From IMG/VR virus record IMGVR_UViG_2537562057_000004: DNA of 64,000 bases; one strand, 5' to 3'. The DNA is from a virus. Below are positions 30,280 through 43,374 of the stretch, piece by piece. A model generated the notes under the pieces. That model was not told the DNA's origin, made no database searches, and saw only the letters and a list, made by a program, of their open reading frames with translations. Both the position numbers and the translations under genes were made by a program. How positions within the stretch are numbered: position 1 is the stretch's first letter; each line of letters opens with the position of its first letter.

Positions 30280-30309
30280 AAAAAGCGTTCATTAAGAACG
30301 CTTTTTTTT
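30280..30309 (+). terminator. Intrinsic terminator
   Basis: AAAAGCGTTCATTAAGAACGCTTTTTTTT. Confidence 0.75.
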
Positions 30310-30364
30310 ATTCATTAAATTTCAGTATTGTTTTTGTGATTTTATTTTTGGTAAAATTATTCTA

Positions 30365-30637
30365 ATGAAATACTTGATAATATTATTTGTTTTCTTAAGT
30401 GGCTGCTCTACATTTATTGAGCATAATAGAGTTATTCCATTTCCTGAACGAACTATTTCACATATTGAAATTAGAAAACTAAATGGAGGTAATCCCAAAA
30501 TACTAGCTTATGCGGATATTACTGGTGATACTTGTGTCATATATTTAAGAAAATACCCTCAATGCTTAGCACATGAAATAAGACATTGCTATGAAGGTAA
30601 TTGGCATGAAGGGCGTGAAAGTCAAGAATGGTGCTAA
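30365..30637 (+). CDS. Lipoprotein, candidate superinfection exclusion, with HEXXH motif
   Basis: MKYLIILFVFLSGC lipobox; CLAHEIRHC; convergent to fibre-tip genes. Confidence 0.65.
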   Translation: MKYLIILFVFLSGCSTFIEHNRVIPFPERTISHIEIRKLNGGNPKILAYADITGDTCVIYLRKYPQCLAHEIRHCYEGNWHEGRESQEWC

Positions 30638-31326
30638 GGAATATAGGCTACATATAAATAATAAGGTAATTTTAAAGTATCCCCCCAAACTCCGGAACCT
30701 CCAGACTGGTGGTAATACCCCACATACACGGTATTACCCACCCTTTTAGTGGCGATACCTGTTACTCCAGCTAAACCATATTCTCCATATGAAACTGATC
30801 CAACCATCGTACAACTTAAATAAAGTTTATTAACATCTTTTCCATATTTTGTTAAATCTATAATTATCTGATTTTGATTCTTTAAGTTTATTTTTTCTAA
30901 AATTATTGGACAGTTTAATAAAGCCCCAACTGACCATAACAAATTCCCATTAGGATCATAAATACTCAAATACTGATCTGTTGAAGTTGGGTAGTCATCT
31001 TTCATATAAGCAATATTGAACTGATTTGAACCACATACTGCAAATGATCCTTCACCTAATGAATATACTTTGCTCCCATCTTTAGGCATAAACCAAGCTT
31101 CGGAATCAAAATTTAATTTTTGAGTACGAGATATAAAATTAGTATCTTCATAGTTATTTCCTCTTAATGTTTGAGGATCATATGCACCACCAAAATTGTC
31201 CCAAACTTCATAACCGGAAGTACCATAACCACCTGCTAACTCTTTAAGACCAATAGTTAACACCATTGTATTATTACCTAAAAGAAGCTGTTGATTTTGA
31301 TCATAAATTTCAATAACAACACTCAT
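30634..31326 (-). CDS. Putative fibre-tip/receptor-binding protein
   Basis: Duplicated IEIYDQNQQLLL / LSIYDPNGNLLW motifs typical of proteins downstream of gpJ-like fibres. Confidence 0.55.
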   Translation of the reverse strand: MSVVIEIYDQNQQLLLGNNTMVLTIGLKELAGGYGTSGYEVWDNFGGAYDPQTLRGNNYEDTNFISRTQKLNFDSEAWFMPKDGSKVYSLGEGSFAVCGSNQFNIAYMKDDYPTSTDQYLSIYDPNGNLLWSVGALLNCPIILEKINLKNQNQIIIDLTKYGKDVNKLYLSCTMVGSVSYGEYGLAGVTGIATKRVGNTVYVGYYHQSGGSGVWGDTLKLPYYLYVAYIP

Positions 31327-31644
31327 TTAGCACCTATAAACTTTAACTACAAAATCAATTGAAGTTGCGCTTGATGGATTTGACAAATTAATTTTAAGTT
31401 TCCCAGTCACGTCATCAATCCAACAAGATTCAACCGAATAATATGTATGAGAAATTACTTTAAAAAAATAATCTCTCATGTTTGCATTAGTTATATCTGA
31501 TATAGAAGTCTCATATGCAAAGTTGCTTCCACTGACTTTAGTAAATGATCTAGTAGATATTTTGATTCTTGAGATTACAGTGTGAACCGTTGAATCGAAT
31601 ACAAGCTCGCCGTTAATATTATAAACTTGTAATCCCGCAGTCAT
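31327..31644 (-). CDS. Fibre-tip adaptor protein
   Basis: MTAGLQVYNINGELVFDST motif. Confidence 0.6.
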   Translation of the reverse strand: MTAGLQVYNINGELVFDSTVHTVISRIKISTRSFTKVSGSNFAYETSISDITNANMRDYFFKVISHTYYSVESCWIDDVTGKLKINLSNPSSATSIDFVVKVYRC

Positions 31645-31683
31645 ATGTAACTCCATATAACGAAAGTTTTTGAAATACTTTCA

Positions 31684-34600
31684 TTACTTAATACCAATCC
31701 TCATTGCTAGATTTCCATTTGGGTAGAAAATCTGTGTAGATCCACCAGAAATAATTTGTTTACTTCCATCTGGGGCGACTGAAATAAATGTTCCGAAATT
31801 ACCAGTGATGGAACTCAAACTATCAACATTTAATACTTCAGCAGTTAGTGATTTTGCTTTAAAGTTTGCAGCTGTTAGATTCTTAATAAAAACATCACTA
31901 TTCATAATGACTTGATTGTCTTGGACTATGAACGGCATGTATTTAGTAGAAGAAGAACCTGTTGTGAAGAAAATTCTATCAGCTTGGAAACCTATAGAAG
32001 TTTGGACAGTTCCATTATTTTGTTCACTTACCATGGATAAACCAGAGAAAACACCGTTGTTATCCATTCCCATTACGTATTTACCTTTCATCCCGTTGAT
32101 CAAATCAACTTGAGACTTAAGATTAATTGCATTTGGCCCATATACTGAAGTGAGAGTTTGAAGTGAACCAGCGTAAGCTCCTACATCCGTGGTATATGTA
32201 GTTTTAAAACTCTCAAATTCAGCAATATTGTCTGCATCTTCAATATCAATGTAATCTAGATCTACTTCGCCTGCTTGAGCTGCATAATTACCGATAAAAA
32301 CAGGAGTAAAGAAAGCTGCTTTATTTGCGAATGTTTTTGGATTAGTAAGTGTTCCAGCACCACTACTTGCACCAGCAGACCTACCCTTGAAATACGCAAC
32401 ACCAGTAACCCAAGAACCCAATGCAGGTGCAGCGCCTCCAACCACATAATGACTTGAGCCAATATCTCCATTTATGTAATTCGCATCTGTAATAAATGCA
32501 GATTTTGCGGCATTAAAACAGGTGGCCCCCACATAAACGACACCAGCACCTGACACCCTTCTGTAGCGGTATTTAATCCGGTACATCTTATTATCATCAA
32601 TTGGTAAGGTAGAGAACCAGTTTAGCCAGATTTCATCGTTGCCAGAATTATCTCCCATTCGTAATGCATAACCACCACGACAAGTTTGATCTTCAATTAA
32701 ACGCATACCTATTCTTGAGCCGCTAGGCGTTCTAATAATCCAATCTTTCTCAAAAGTTTGCAAAGCAGACGCCATAATGGTTTGGCTATTTGCTGAATAG
32801 AGGGCTGATAATCGTTCATTGGATGAAGCAACTGCCTCATTCAATTTTGAAGAAGTCACATAATCTCTTTGTATGTCAGCAACTGTTCTAGATGCTGCAG
32901 CAGCTGTGTCTTGAGCTTTTACAATTTCTGCAAAAATTGGTACTGGTACAAGTGACGAATTATATTGAATTGGTTCAATAGATTGTCCCAAAGCTGTGAA
33001 AGACTCAGTTTTAATAAGTGGTGTAATCGTTTTATAGTGTGAAATATCATATCTCGCCCCACCCCGTAAAAAGACAGTTTCAATTGAAGAGTTAGGCATT
33101 TGCTTAATATTTATTAAAGGTGATTGTGCAGTCCAGCTAAAAGAGAACTTATCAATAATTCTATTTTCTGCTTGAGTACCCCATCCATTGGCGGTAACAC
33201 TCCATTCACAATTAAGACCGAAAGAGCGTGTACCATGTGTAGCCCAAGGCACATTACTATTATTTTGGCCGCCTAAAGTACAAAATACTTTAAAATCATA
33301 CTTTTGCTTACCGGTAGCCAACTGAAAGATAACAGGATAGTAAATATCTGGATTCAAACCTGATAAGTCAACATTCGTTAAAATATTTTCTTTTAAGCTT
33401 TCAGTATTTTTCTGTAATGGATCAATATATTCCGACTTTACTGATTTGACGATGCAGCAATTGCTCTTTCAATATTTGTATTTGTGAGGTCAGAATTAAG
33501 AATATATGCACTATTAGTTCTATCCAATTTAGAAGACATTTCAGTAAGCTTACTTGCCCATGTCTCCTTAAAATTAGTTAATGTCCCTAATGACTCGTTA
33601 GCTGTGGAAACGAAATCTTGTAAATTAGGATCTGCAGATGCATAGTCAGTTACGTCATAACATTCAATTTGAGCTAAAGTCCAGATTAGAGGGCTTTCAG
33701 GTGTTGGGGCTGGTCCACCCGCTACATGTACGAATCCAGAAGTATCGAATCTTCCGGTGGCACCGGATTTAACCATACGAACATAAACTTCAAATCTCCC
33801 CGTCCCGTCAGTGCTACCAATGAATTTATCTACTGATCCATCGCCCATTAAATTTGCTGCAGGATATAACTTGTAGCCGATAGGTAATTTAATCAGGTAT
33901 TTAATGATAAAAATAGCATTTGAACGTGTGAAAAACTGTTGATGAAAACCGCCGAAATTCGGGCTTGCTGAACCAGTTGTAACGATTCTAAGTTCATGAG
34001 TTGAAGTTGTCGGATTGTCAGCACTTTTAGCTTCACGAGTAACACTAACTGTACCATTGCCTAGATTGTTATAAGTGCCGACGTTGTTCATTCCTTTCTT
34101 GAAATTTACATCACCGTAAAGCAACTTACCGTTAGTAATCATCATTGCAAGCTTAGTTGTATTTTCTAATGCTGAACCCAGATTGTCGGTGCTTGTTTGG
34201 AGCTGAGTAATATCATTATTACGAAGATTAATTAAATCTTTTGATGTTTGATCCGCTGCTGCTTTAGTAGTTTTTAATACCGTTGAAAGTCCACCTGGCA
34301 CTGAAGCATCATATTGCTGAATTTGTTGTGCAATAACACCTTTGTTAACATCAGCATTGATAAATGTATCTTCCACAAATTTCGCATTTTGTTTAAGAGT
34401 AGTTTTAAAGCCTCCTTTGAAATTAGGAGCAGAATTTCCTCGGCTAATGAAAATATTCGAAACTGAAAATGTGCCCGCTGAAGGAGCATTATCAAATCGT
34501 AAACCCAGAGGAACAAATTCAAAATTCGTAGCTTTTACATCACTTGGAAAAATCCCCGTTAATTCTAATTCTCCACTTGCTTGAACAGTAAATAATGGTA

Positions 34601-37600
34601 AACCAAGCCCATATACCGCGCCGTGAAATTGGATGGTACAAACTGCACCAATTAGACCTGCCGAAGCATTATATTTGATTCGTATAACTACAGGATCACC
34701 TTTAGCGATTGGTAGTTCTTTAATTTTATATTGTAGTTCCCAGACTGGAAAAGTTTGATTTGTGCCTGTTGAAACATTTAATGTTTTGGTTTCATCTCCT
34801 AATAAAATCCAATTGTCTTCTGCGTATTGAATAGTATCCAGTTTTGCTGAAAAGGATTTTATTTCTTCTGCAAATACTTCTTTTGCATCAGATCGAGTAA
34901 TTTTTTGTTGAAGAATTTGAGCATGATTTTCTAAAACTTTTTGCAAGTTTCCACTGTTATTTGCCAAACCTAGAGGAATGCCACTAACGACCTGAACAGC
35001 AACCATTATCTGTTTTGCACCATTCAGACCAGAATCAGGAGTTGCATGGAGCTCAATACCTCTTCCAGCCCCAATTCCTTTCTGACCAATTAGGATATAT
35101 GCATCCCTTCCCGTAATCTGATCAAGAGTAAATTGATTTGCACCTAATGAAAGTAACGCAGCTTTAACTGTGTTTAAATTCATAGCAATGTAATCATAAT
35201 TTGTGATTATCACAAAAGTATCTTTAGGTATTTCATTAATAGCATTACTCATGGCAACGGCGTTTGCAGGGTCACCATATGTGTCATATCGAGTTGAAGT
35301 TGCAATCGAGCCATCTGCTGCTAAAACATGCACAGAAAAGCCGCGGTTAGAAGCTACAGATATAGTCTCACCTTTTAAGTTCTTGATTCCAGTAAAATCA
35401 TTATTCCAGCCTGAAGAATAAACTCTGTAATTAAAGACTTGTCCTAGATCTTGATTTAACTGCTTGTAATTAGAATCTAAGCTATTAATTGATTGGGTTA
35501 TATTTTGTTGATTATCACTAATTGTAGAGTTTATTTCCTGAAACTTCCCATCAACTGTTAATTTATTCGTATCAACAGTTGATTTAAGAGTTGTATAATT
35601 TTCAGTTAGTACTTGGATCTTTTCTAAATTTTTCTGAACATCTGTTTTAGTACCTATAATTGCTAATGAGTTAGCTTCTAAACCTTTCTCAATTTCACGA
35701 GGATTTTTTCTAAATCCTGTTGCTAACTCGCCTTTCTCTAATTGAACTTCACGAATTAAGAAATCAGGAGCATACCCTACTTGAGCACATAGGATAATAT
35801 TAATATATTGTAAGTTATTGATATTTGTGTCAAAATTATAAGTACATAATACTTCTTTATCTGTTGCAATATTCCATTCATTAACAACCTGGTTATTACC
35901 GGTACCATCATATCTATGGATGATTAAAAGCAAAGTTTTTTGTGCTGCAGTTAGAGCTTTGGCTTTAAGTGACAACGTATAGGTTTGATTTATTTCTAAA
36001 CCATCAGCTATCGTAATTGACTCTATAAAACCTTTAAAATAAGTAGACGAATTCGTAGAGCGGAATCTCCCCCAGTTTGCGCCATAAGCATCCTTAAAAA
36101 CTTCTAGAACATTACCTTCAACAACAGCATTCTGACGCCAGTTAGAGATTGAAAAAGGCGCATAGAAATCACCATTCTTGATTAAATTGTCTCCACCACT
36201 AGACGAGATTGTTGCTTTTAGAATTTTACTTTCTTCAGCAATAGCTTTATTTGTTTCTGCTTTTGTATAACGGGTGCTATCCAGTGTTGCTGAACTATCT
36301 GTCCATAAATTTCCGAACTTCTGCTTAAATTTTGCTTCCAATGCATCTGTAGCTGTGGCAACAGCTTTATTTGTGTCAGCAGTAGTCGAATAATTTTGTA
36401 GTTGTGTAGCGCGAACAAGAGATGTGTCTACATCTTTGTCTGTTAAAACGCTATTTACCCGATAAGCTTGTAACTCCCACCAACCGCCACTGCCATTGTG
36501 TCCAAGTGCAAAACCTAACTTCATTTGTGGATGAGTATTAAAAGTTACAACCTGTTCGATATATACCCATTCTTCGTTTGCTGGAATTCTATTTAAAGCA
36601 ATCACAGATGCAGTGATTGTAGCATTTGAAAAACTACCATCAGCTTTGCCATACATAGCCGTAATGCTGCAATCACCTGTAGAATCTGCACTTCGGCGGA
36701 CCCAAAAGCTAACTTTATATGAACGATTTGTCGGTAAAGCTTTACGGCTATATATCCAACATCCTGCTTGATTCGAAGAATCTTTTCTAAAGACAGTATT
36801 GCCAACTTTACCTGTATTAGTTGTTTTAAAGTGGATTTTCAAATCATAACTATAGTAATTAATCCAATCTTCAGGGTTTTTTAAATTAAAATCTGGCAGT
36901 AATGAGTCACTATCATTAGCAGATTCAATAGATGCTTTAACATTTTTAATTTGAGCATTAAGCTGATTAGTTTGATTTGCTGTAGCTTCGTCTAACTTTG
37001 CTGTGGTTGCATAGTTCTGCAGTGCTTTTGCGGTGTTATCGATATTTTTTTCAGCATTTGAAAGTCCAGTTTCAAGACTTGATGTTCTCTTTGTTAGTGC
37101 CTCCTTTTCAGTCACATATGTTTGTTTGAAATCATTAAAGTTTGCATTAACTTGGTCTACTGCAGCGTTGTAGTCATAAGCACTGGGGATCCACGATTCA
37201 GTAGTGATTAAGTCACCCCTGACAAGCACTGCCCAATAAACCGTTCCGACTGAACCTTGAGCAGCAGTAGGACTGTTAATCATGTAAAAATTTAAAGCAC
37301 GTTTTTCAATAACTTGATTATTTTTAACAAAGGTTATTTTATTAATAACTTTGCCATTTGTATTAACAACGGATTGTAAGGCTTGCTGACCTCCCCCAGC
37401 ATAAACTGCCAAATTAGAGTTTGTATCCGCACCATTTCTTTGATGTTCGGCACACCACATTAAAGTGTATTTTGCGCCTACCTCCCAATCCTCGCCTAGC
37501 TTATATGAAAGATGAGGATATGAAGTTCCGTTATATTTACCCACAACATTTGACTGGATAAGCAAATTCGAACCAGCAGCTGCGGCTCTACTCAAACTTG

Positions 37601-40600
37601 CAGAGAGTGCTGTTGCTTGCTCTGTAACTGCTTTAATCTGTCCAGCTTGTTCTGTTACATCTGATTTCGTTGCTTCCAATGCTTCTGATGAAGCCTTTTT
37701 ATTTACTTCATTATTAGTTAAATTTAGATCATTTCTAAGCTTAGAAATATCTAAACTTTGAGAAGACAATGTTTCGCCGTGCTTCTTAACTTCCGCTTGA
37801 GTGATCTTAATCGCTTCTGCATTAGCATTTAATGAGCTTTGCGTATCCCGAGGGCTTGGGCTCCATGCTGTAGGTTTATTGCCGGCTTCGATCTGTAATT
37901 TTTGAATTGTTGGAATTCGGCCTGAGCCATATGTACCGTAAAACTCAATTGTAGATTCAGTTGAACTGCCAGTGTTAAATTTAGGAAAAACCGTCACTGC
38001 AAATTTTTGAAATTCATTTGCTTTAGTTACTGTAACTGAAGTTGTGAAAAAGTGGGCAGAACCATTAGATGAGTAAACCTGAACCGAACCGGCAACAGGT
38101 ACACTCACTTCAAATGAAATGGTAACCGGCTTATCTAAGTTTTCGTCATAAAAAACTTTTAACTCTTTGCTTCGTTCATACATTAAGTATTCACGACTTG
38201 TTGTAGCTGTCGATGTTCTAGGAGCTTCTGAATTAGCAACAGCATTAACACCACCGATTTTTAAATTATCTACAGCAGCTGTTATATCAGTCGATACACG
38301 GCCCATTGCACTTTCGAGATCACTCTTTGTAGCTGTTTTCAATAAAGCTTGAGCATTGCTCTGAATACCTGTTTCTGCATTCTGCATTCTTGTTTCAAGC
38401 TTACTGGTCCTTTCAGCTTCAGCTTCTGTTCTGTTAGTTGCTGTTTTGAATAAATCATTTGCTGTTGCAGTTGCATCATTAGCTGAAGCTAATGAGTTGT
38501 TATCTTCAACAATAATGTAATTAAGCTGACAAATTCCTGTCTGGAAGTTGTAGTTTGCAATAAAGATTGGGGCATAAAATTCAGCTTGCGCGGGGAAAGT
38601 ACGCGGATTATCAATTGTCCCTAAGCCAGTTGCTGCCCCAGTAGACTTACCCTTCATGTATAGAACTACTTCTTGCCACTCACCTAAATTAGGTTTAATG
38701 GCCGACAATAAGTAGTTAGAAGAACCCATATCTTCTGCAAGGGTGTTTGTAGTCGTTACGTATTTACTTTGGTCTGCATTTTTACATGCAACACCAAGAT
38801 AAATAGATCCATTTTCACCGAGTACACGGCGGAAACGTGCACGAACCCGATAAAGTGTATCTGGGTTAATCTTTACAAACTCATTCCAATGAACCCATGT
38901 TTCATCATTATCAGCATTATTCCCAAGCTCAAGAATATAACCACCTAGTGCATCAGAATCTTGAATTACTTTCGCTTCTGCAGTGGTACGCCAACGTGTC
39001 CAGTCATCAATACCTTTTGTTGTGACGACTGCACGTACCCCAGAAGTTACTTGAGTTTGAGATTTTAGACTTAATAAATTTTGAGAAAGGGCTTCGGTAG
39101 CTTTTACCGCCGTTGTTCCTGTTTGCTGCGCTTCTGCTGCATTATCAAAAGCCAGTTTTGCAAGATCATCAGTAGTTTTAAGTGATGATGAAAGGCCATT
39201 TATGCTTGTATTTGTATTACTTTCTAAGGTCGAAACACTTTTTTGAACATCAGTAATTTGCCCTTGTACCTTTAAGTTTTCTTTAGAGATACTTGTATCA
39301 AGTTCACTAAATTTTGAAGCAGTAGACTGTTCCAACTCGGTAAGTGACTCAGTAACTTCTAAAATATTTGCATTAGATTTCCGATCAGCTTCTTCCAAAG
39401 CTGCTTTCGTTTGGTCGATACGTAAAGATAAGGCTTTATCACCATCAGAAACTGATTGAGTAATTGTTGCTATATCCGACTCTGTTTTAGTTTTATTCGA
39501 ATTAAAGTCAGTTTTTAGATCTTCAAGTTTTTTTGCTTCTGAAACAACCTTCTCATCAACAAGTTTCACTGAAGATTCTACTTTTTCGATGTTTGCGGCA
39601 TTACCTTCTATTTGTTCTTGTGAGTTTTTAAGAGTAGATTCAATTTGTGAGGTTTTCTCAGCAATAGATTGATTCAAATCACTTACAGTACGTTCGACTT
39701 TGTTAATAGCAGTTTTGTTGTCACCAATTTGTGATTGTGCGGTGCTAATTTGCTCAGTAAACGCTTTATCTTGAGCTGCTAGAGTTTTTATATCTTCTGA
39801 AATTAGAGCGTTTGACTTACCGAATTCGTTTTGCATTTCAGCAAACTTAAGCTCAAAACTTTGAGTTAAAGCCTCTTTATCATTTGCACGTGCTTCAGCT
39901 TCAGCTAGAAAACCAGAATCAACTTTCTTATCAAGATCAATATACTGAGCTGCAATTTGATCTACTTTTTTAACTGCAGCTTCAGTTTGGGTTACAACCG
40001 GTTCAATTTTTTGATTAATGAGTGTATTAGTTTCTTCACCTAATGCTAATTTAGCGTCATCAATCATTTGACCAGCTTTAACTAAGTTTTGATCAATGTC
40101 TTGTTTTAAGGCGGCCTTAGTTTGATCAATAACATTTAGTGTGTCAGCTGCTTGTTTTTTACGGTCCAGAACTTCTTGATCCGCAATTTTTTTTGCGTTT
40201 TCTGCGACTAACCGAATTTCATTTGAATCACTTCTTACATCAGCAATGATTGAATCTGTTTCACTTTTAATAAAACCGATTTTATCATCGAGTTCTTTCT
40301 CAGCACGAATTGCACGTTGTTGAGCATCAGCAACCAATGCTTCATTAGCTTGAATAGACTGATCGATACGTTGATTGGCTTCATCCAATCGTAGATTAGC
40401 CTCATTATTATGTTGATCTACAATTAATTTAGTATTATTTATTTCTTGATCTATATAAGCACGAACTTCATCGACTTTATTTTGAGCGATCTGATTAACT
40501 TCTTTAACTTGTTCATGAATCTTTTGAACTTCCTCATCAAAATGTTTCATTCCTTCTTCAAGCAATTTAAAAGCATCAGAATCTTTAATATTTTCTATTA

Positions 40601-41252
40601 ATTCTTCTACTTCCTTTATTTTTTCATCAATCTCTTGGCTTACTTGATCTTTAGTTTCATCAATTTTTTCGCCTTGTTCTTTTAACTCTTCCTTTAAACT
40701 TTCTAATTTATTAAGAGCATCTTTAAATGCACCCTCAATAGCTTTAGGGTCAATAGGCACACCTGCAACCGTAAGCGTTGTGCCAACTGCCATACTACCC
40801 GCTACAGCACTATTGCCCGCAACTGAAGTATTACCCACTACAGTGCTATTTCCCGTTAATGTGCTATTACCAGTTTGTTGAGTATTAGCTTGTACATTCA
40901 TTAACGGCGTTTTGATCGAAACGGTTGTGCCAGAATCTACTTTTAAATTTTCTTTAGAGATAAATTCAATATTGTCTTGTCGAATACGGCGCACACCTAC
41001 AATCGCGCCGTCTCCGTGACTGACATAACTATGGATTACTGGACGTTCTTCATTACCATTTTCAAAGAAGACATAGACGTCTTCCCCATCCACAATTTGA
41101 ATTTCTGTATCTAAATCACTATCGCCGACTGGATAAGCAAAAGTTGCTGTAATTCCTTCACTCGCGCCATCAGTTAAACCATGAATGTGTACTTGTGCAG
41201 TACGACCTTTTGCGTTGTAACTTAAAATCTTTGCACGTTTTAAACCATTCAT
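31684..41252 (-). pseudogene. Giant baseplate spike/central tail fibre (~3190 aa), split by a 1-bp frameshift at ~33439
   Basis: gpV-like OB fold and beta-repeat N-terminus, coiled coils, carbohydrate-binding-like modules, ILEI-like domain, DUF1983/gpJ-like C-terminus; CAG TA AAG TCG junction. Confidence 0.8.
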
Positions 41253-41261
41253 ATATTTGAC

Positions 41262-42155
41262 CTACAAATTAGCAATCCAGAACTTTGATGAAGTCCCCAT
41301 TGATCCCCCGATTGCGCCTGTATCTATATGATGTGCAGCAGTTAAAACGACATACTTCTTACTATCTATTTCAAATATATCGCCTGCATTCCAGTTCAAA
41401 TTTAGTGGTCTAATAATGGTCCCACGCATAATCAAAACTTTTTCCAAGTTTTTGACTTGTCGGGCATCTAAACCAGCTCTTTGCGTCACAGTGTGGCCTG
41501 GGGTTATTGAGTCATCACCAACAACCGTTGAACCGTTATTCTCAACTGTGACAAAAGATGATTTTTGCATCAGTTCCAAAGGTTTACTTGATATCCAAAC
41601 GACACTGCTAGGATCTAGTTTTGTGATAGGTTCCTTTTTGAAGAAAGAATCAATTTTTTGAGCAGACACTTTATTATTTTGAAAGCAAATTACAGCTGCT
41701 TCTTGTTGCAGATAATGAGCCAAGCGCTGTGTAGGCATACTACCCTTTAAACAAACAAATTTAGGCAAAGGTAAATCACTGCCCAGACTGATCGTTGCAC
41801 CACAAGCTCGAATTACTGAATTAAAAGAAGTTTCATTACTAATAATTGCTTGCTTTGAATATTCGATAAGTCTTTTACAACCAGCCAAAATACCAATACA
41901 TGAGATGCCACCTACTCGCCGATCTTGTTTAATAGTCTGAGTTTTTAGAGGGGTAACTTTGATAAGTTCGAAAGGATGAGATATGTCATTTACAGTAAGT
42001 AGCTCCCCTTCTTTTAAAAGGGAGTCTAATTCAGTAGTAGATTGAACTGTGAACTCAATAGATGCGGGAATAGGTACGAGATCAGTTCTTAAAGTTGCAC
42101 TAATCAGCTCAGACGCTGGAATAATTTTACCCGCAGATACAATGGTGATTTGCAT
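41262..42155 (-). CDS. Baseplate hub-like protein
   Basis: LISATLRTDLVPIPASIEF; directly upstream of spike. Confidence 0.55.
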   Translation of the reverse strand: MQITIVSAGKIIPASELISATLRTDLVPIPASIEFTVQSTTELDSLLKEGELLTVNDISHPFELIKVTPLKTQTIKQDRRVGGISCIGILAGCKRLIEYSKQAIISNETSFNSVIRACGATISLGSDLPLPKFVCLKGSMPTQRLAHYLQQEAAVICFQNNKVSAQKIDSFFKKEPITKLDPSSVVWISSKPLELMQKSSFVTVENNGSTVVGDDSITPGHTVTQRAGLDARQVKNLEKVLIMRGTIIRPLNLNWNAGDIFEIDSKKYVVLTAAHHIDTGAIGGSMGTSSKFWIANL

Positions 42156-42604
42156 TAACGGTTCCCCAAGTTAAAATTAAAACTCATTGGGGCCATACAA
42201 AACGCAAGTTTAGGCAAAGCGTCTTTCTTTTCATTATAGTTCTGTTGAGCTTCTGATACAGATAGCCCATAACTTTCGACTCCGAGCCCACGAGTAGCTT
42301 CAACCAATCTAGCTTGCAAAAGATCACAGTGAGCTTTTACTAAAGGTTGGATGATTACGTACTCATCACCGCTAAGTTCGATAGTTTCATTCAGTTCAAT
42401 ACTCGTGGTAGCTTTAGTTTGACAATCTAAAACAGCCCATCCGGCATAATATTTTGCCTCATCTAAAAATGCTTTCACGATATCATCAAGCAAAATTGAA
42501 TAGCCCGATAATTGATATTCTTTATAGAGTTCTTCTGAAAGTTGCTGGATAGAACCAGCAACTACAGCATACCCTTCAGATTCAGGTAATAACTTCATAG
42601 CCAT
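42155..42604 (-). CDS. Head-tail adaptor-like morphogenesis protein
   Basis: 149-aa helical ORF coupled to tube gene. Confidence 0.45.
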   Translation of the reverse strand: MAMKLLPESEGYAVVAGSIQQLSEELYKEYQLSGYSILLDDIVKAFLDEAKYYAGWAVLDCQTKATTSIELNETIELSGDEYVIIQPLVKAHCDLLQARLVEATRGLGVESYGLSVSEAQQNYNEKKDALPKLAFCMAPMSFNFNLGNR

Positions 42605-43248
42605 TACCCGAAAAGATTGCCTAATGTACGTGATGTCGCATTAATCGTTGAGTTGCGTACAGCTTGTTGAGCAGTATTGATTACCTGCTGAACGCGATTC
42701 ACAAGTTCAGCTGTACCATCAATTTCTTTTTTACCCGGCTGAATACTGCCGTTGGTACCAATGTTTGCGAAGCTACCAAAGTAGTTATAGTCGATTGGGC
42801 AAGAAACTGTCATAACTTGAGATCGGCTATCTGAATCATACTCAGCTGACTCAAAGCGTATAGCACAGTTTTCAAGTGCATAAGAACGGGTAAAACTACC
42901 TAAACGGCCATCGTAATAATCACCATGGATGATTCCACCACTAGCTACGACATATTCAGCTAATAGTTGATCATGCCCTGCTTCAGTTACTAGGATTTGA
43001 AGGTTGCCTGTGTAATGGGTTTTCGGGGGACCAGCAACAATTCCAGTAAATCCACCCGCATATTGAACTTCTGCTGGATCTTCATTACTCACAATTGGCC
43101 GTGGGCAACTTTTAAATAAGAAGCGAAGGTCTTCCATGCCACGAGGAACAAACATCCCCTGACACGCTAATAATGGTGAACCAAGTTGCTGTAGAGCAAT
43201 GTAATCTTGTTTAAGCTGATTTAGTAAAATCGGATTAGATTGTTGCAT
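42604..43248 (-). CDS. Tail tube protein (P1 Tub-like)
   Basis: FLFKSCPRP..EVQYAGG..MTVSCPIDYNYFG; start MQQSN after late promoter. Confidence 0.65.
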   Translation of the reverse strand: MQQSNPILLNQLKQDYIALQQLGSPLLACQGMFVPRGMEDLRFLFKSCPRPIVSNEDPAEVQYAGGFTGIVAGPPKTHYTGNLQILVTEAGHDQLLAEYVVASGGIIHGDYYDGRLGSFTRSYALENCAIRFESAEYDSDSRSQVMTVSCPIDYNYFGSFANIGTNGSIQPGKKEIDGTAELVNRVQQVINTAQQAVRNSTINATSRTLGNLFG

Positions 43249-43282
43249 AATTTTGATGCTCAAAATGCAGATTTATGCAACA

Positions 43283-43323
43283 AGATTAAGGATGTTTTTG
43301 CTATTGGTTTTTAATCAGTTCCA
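43283..43323 (-). promoter_or_regulatory. Putative late promoter
   Basis: TGGAAC-N29-TAATCT. Confidence 0.65.
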
Positions 43324-43374
43324 TTTTAGAAAACTGACTTTATATTAATAAAAAACCCGCAAAAGCGGGCTATA

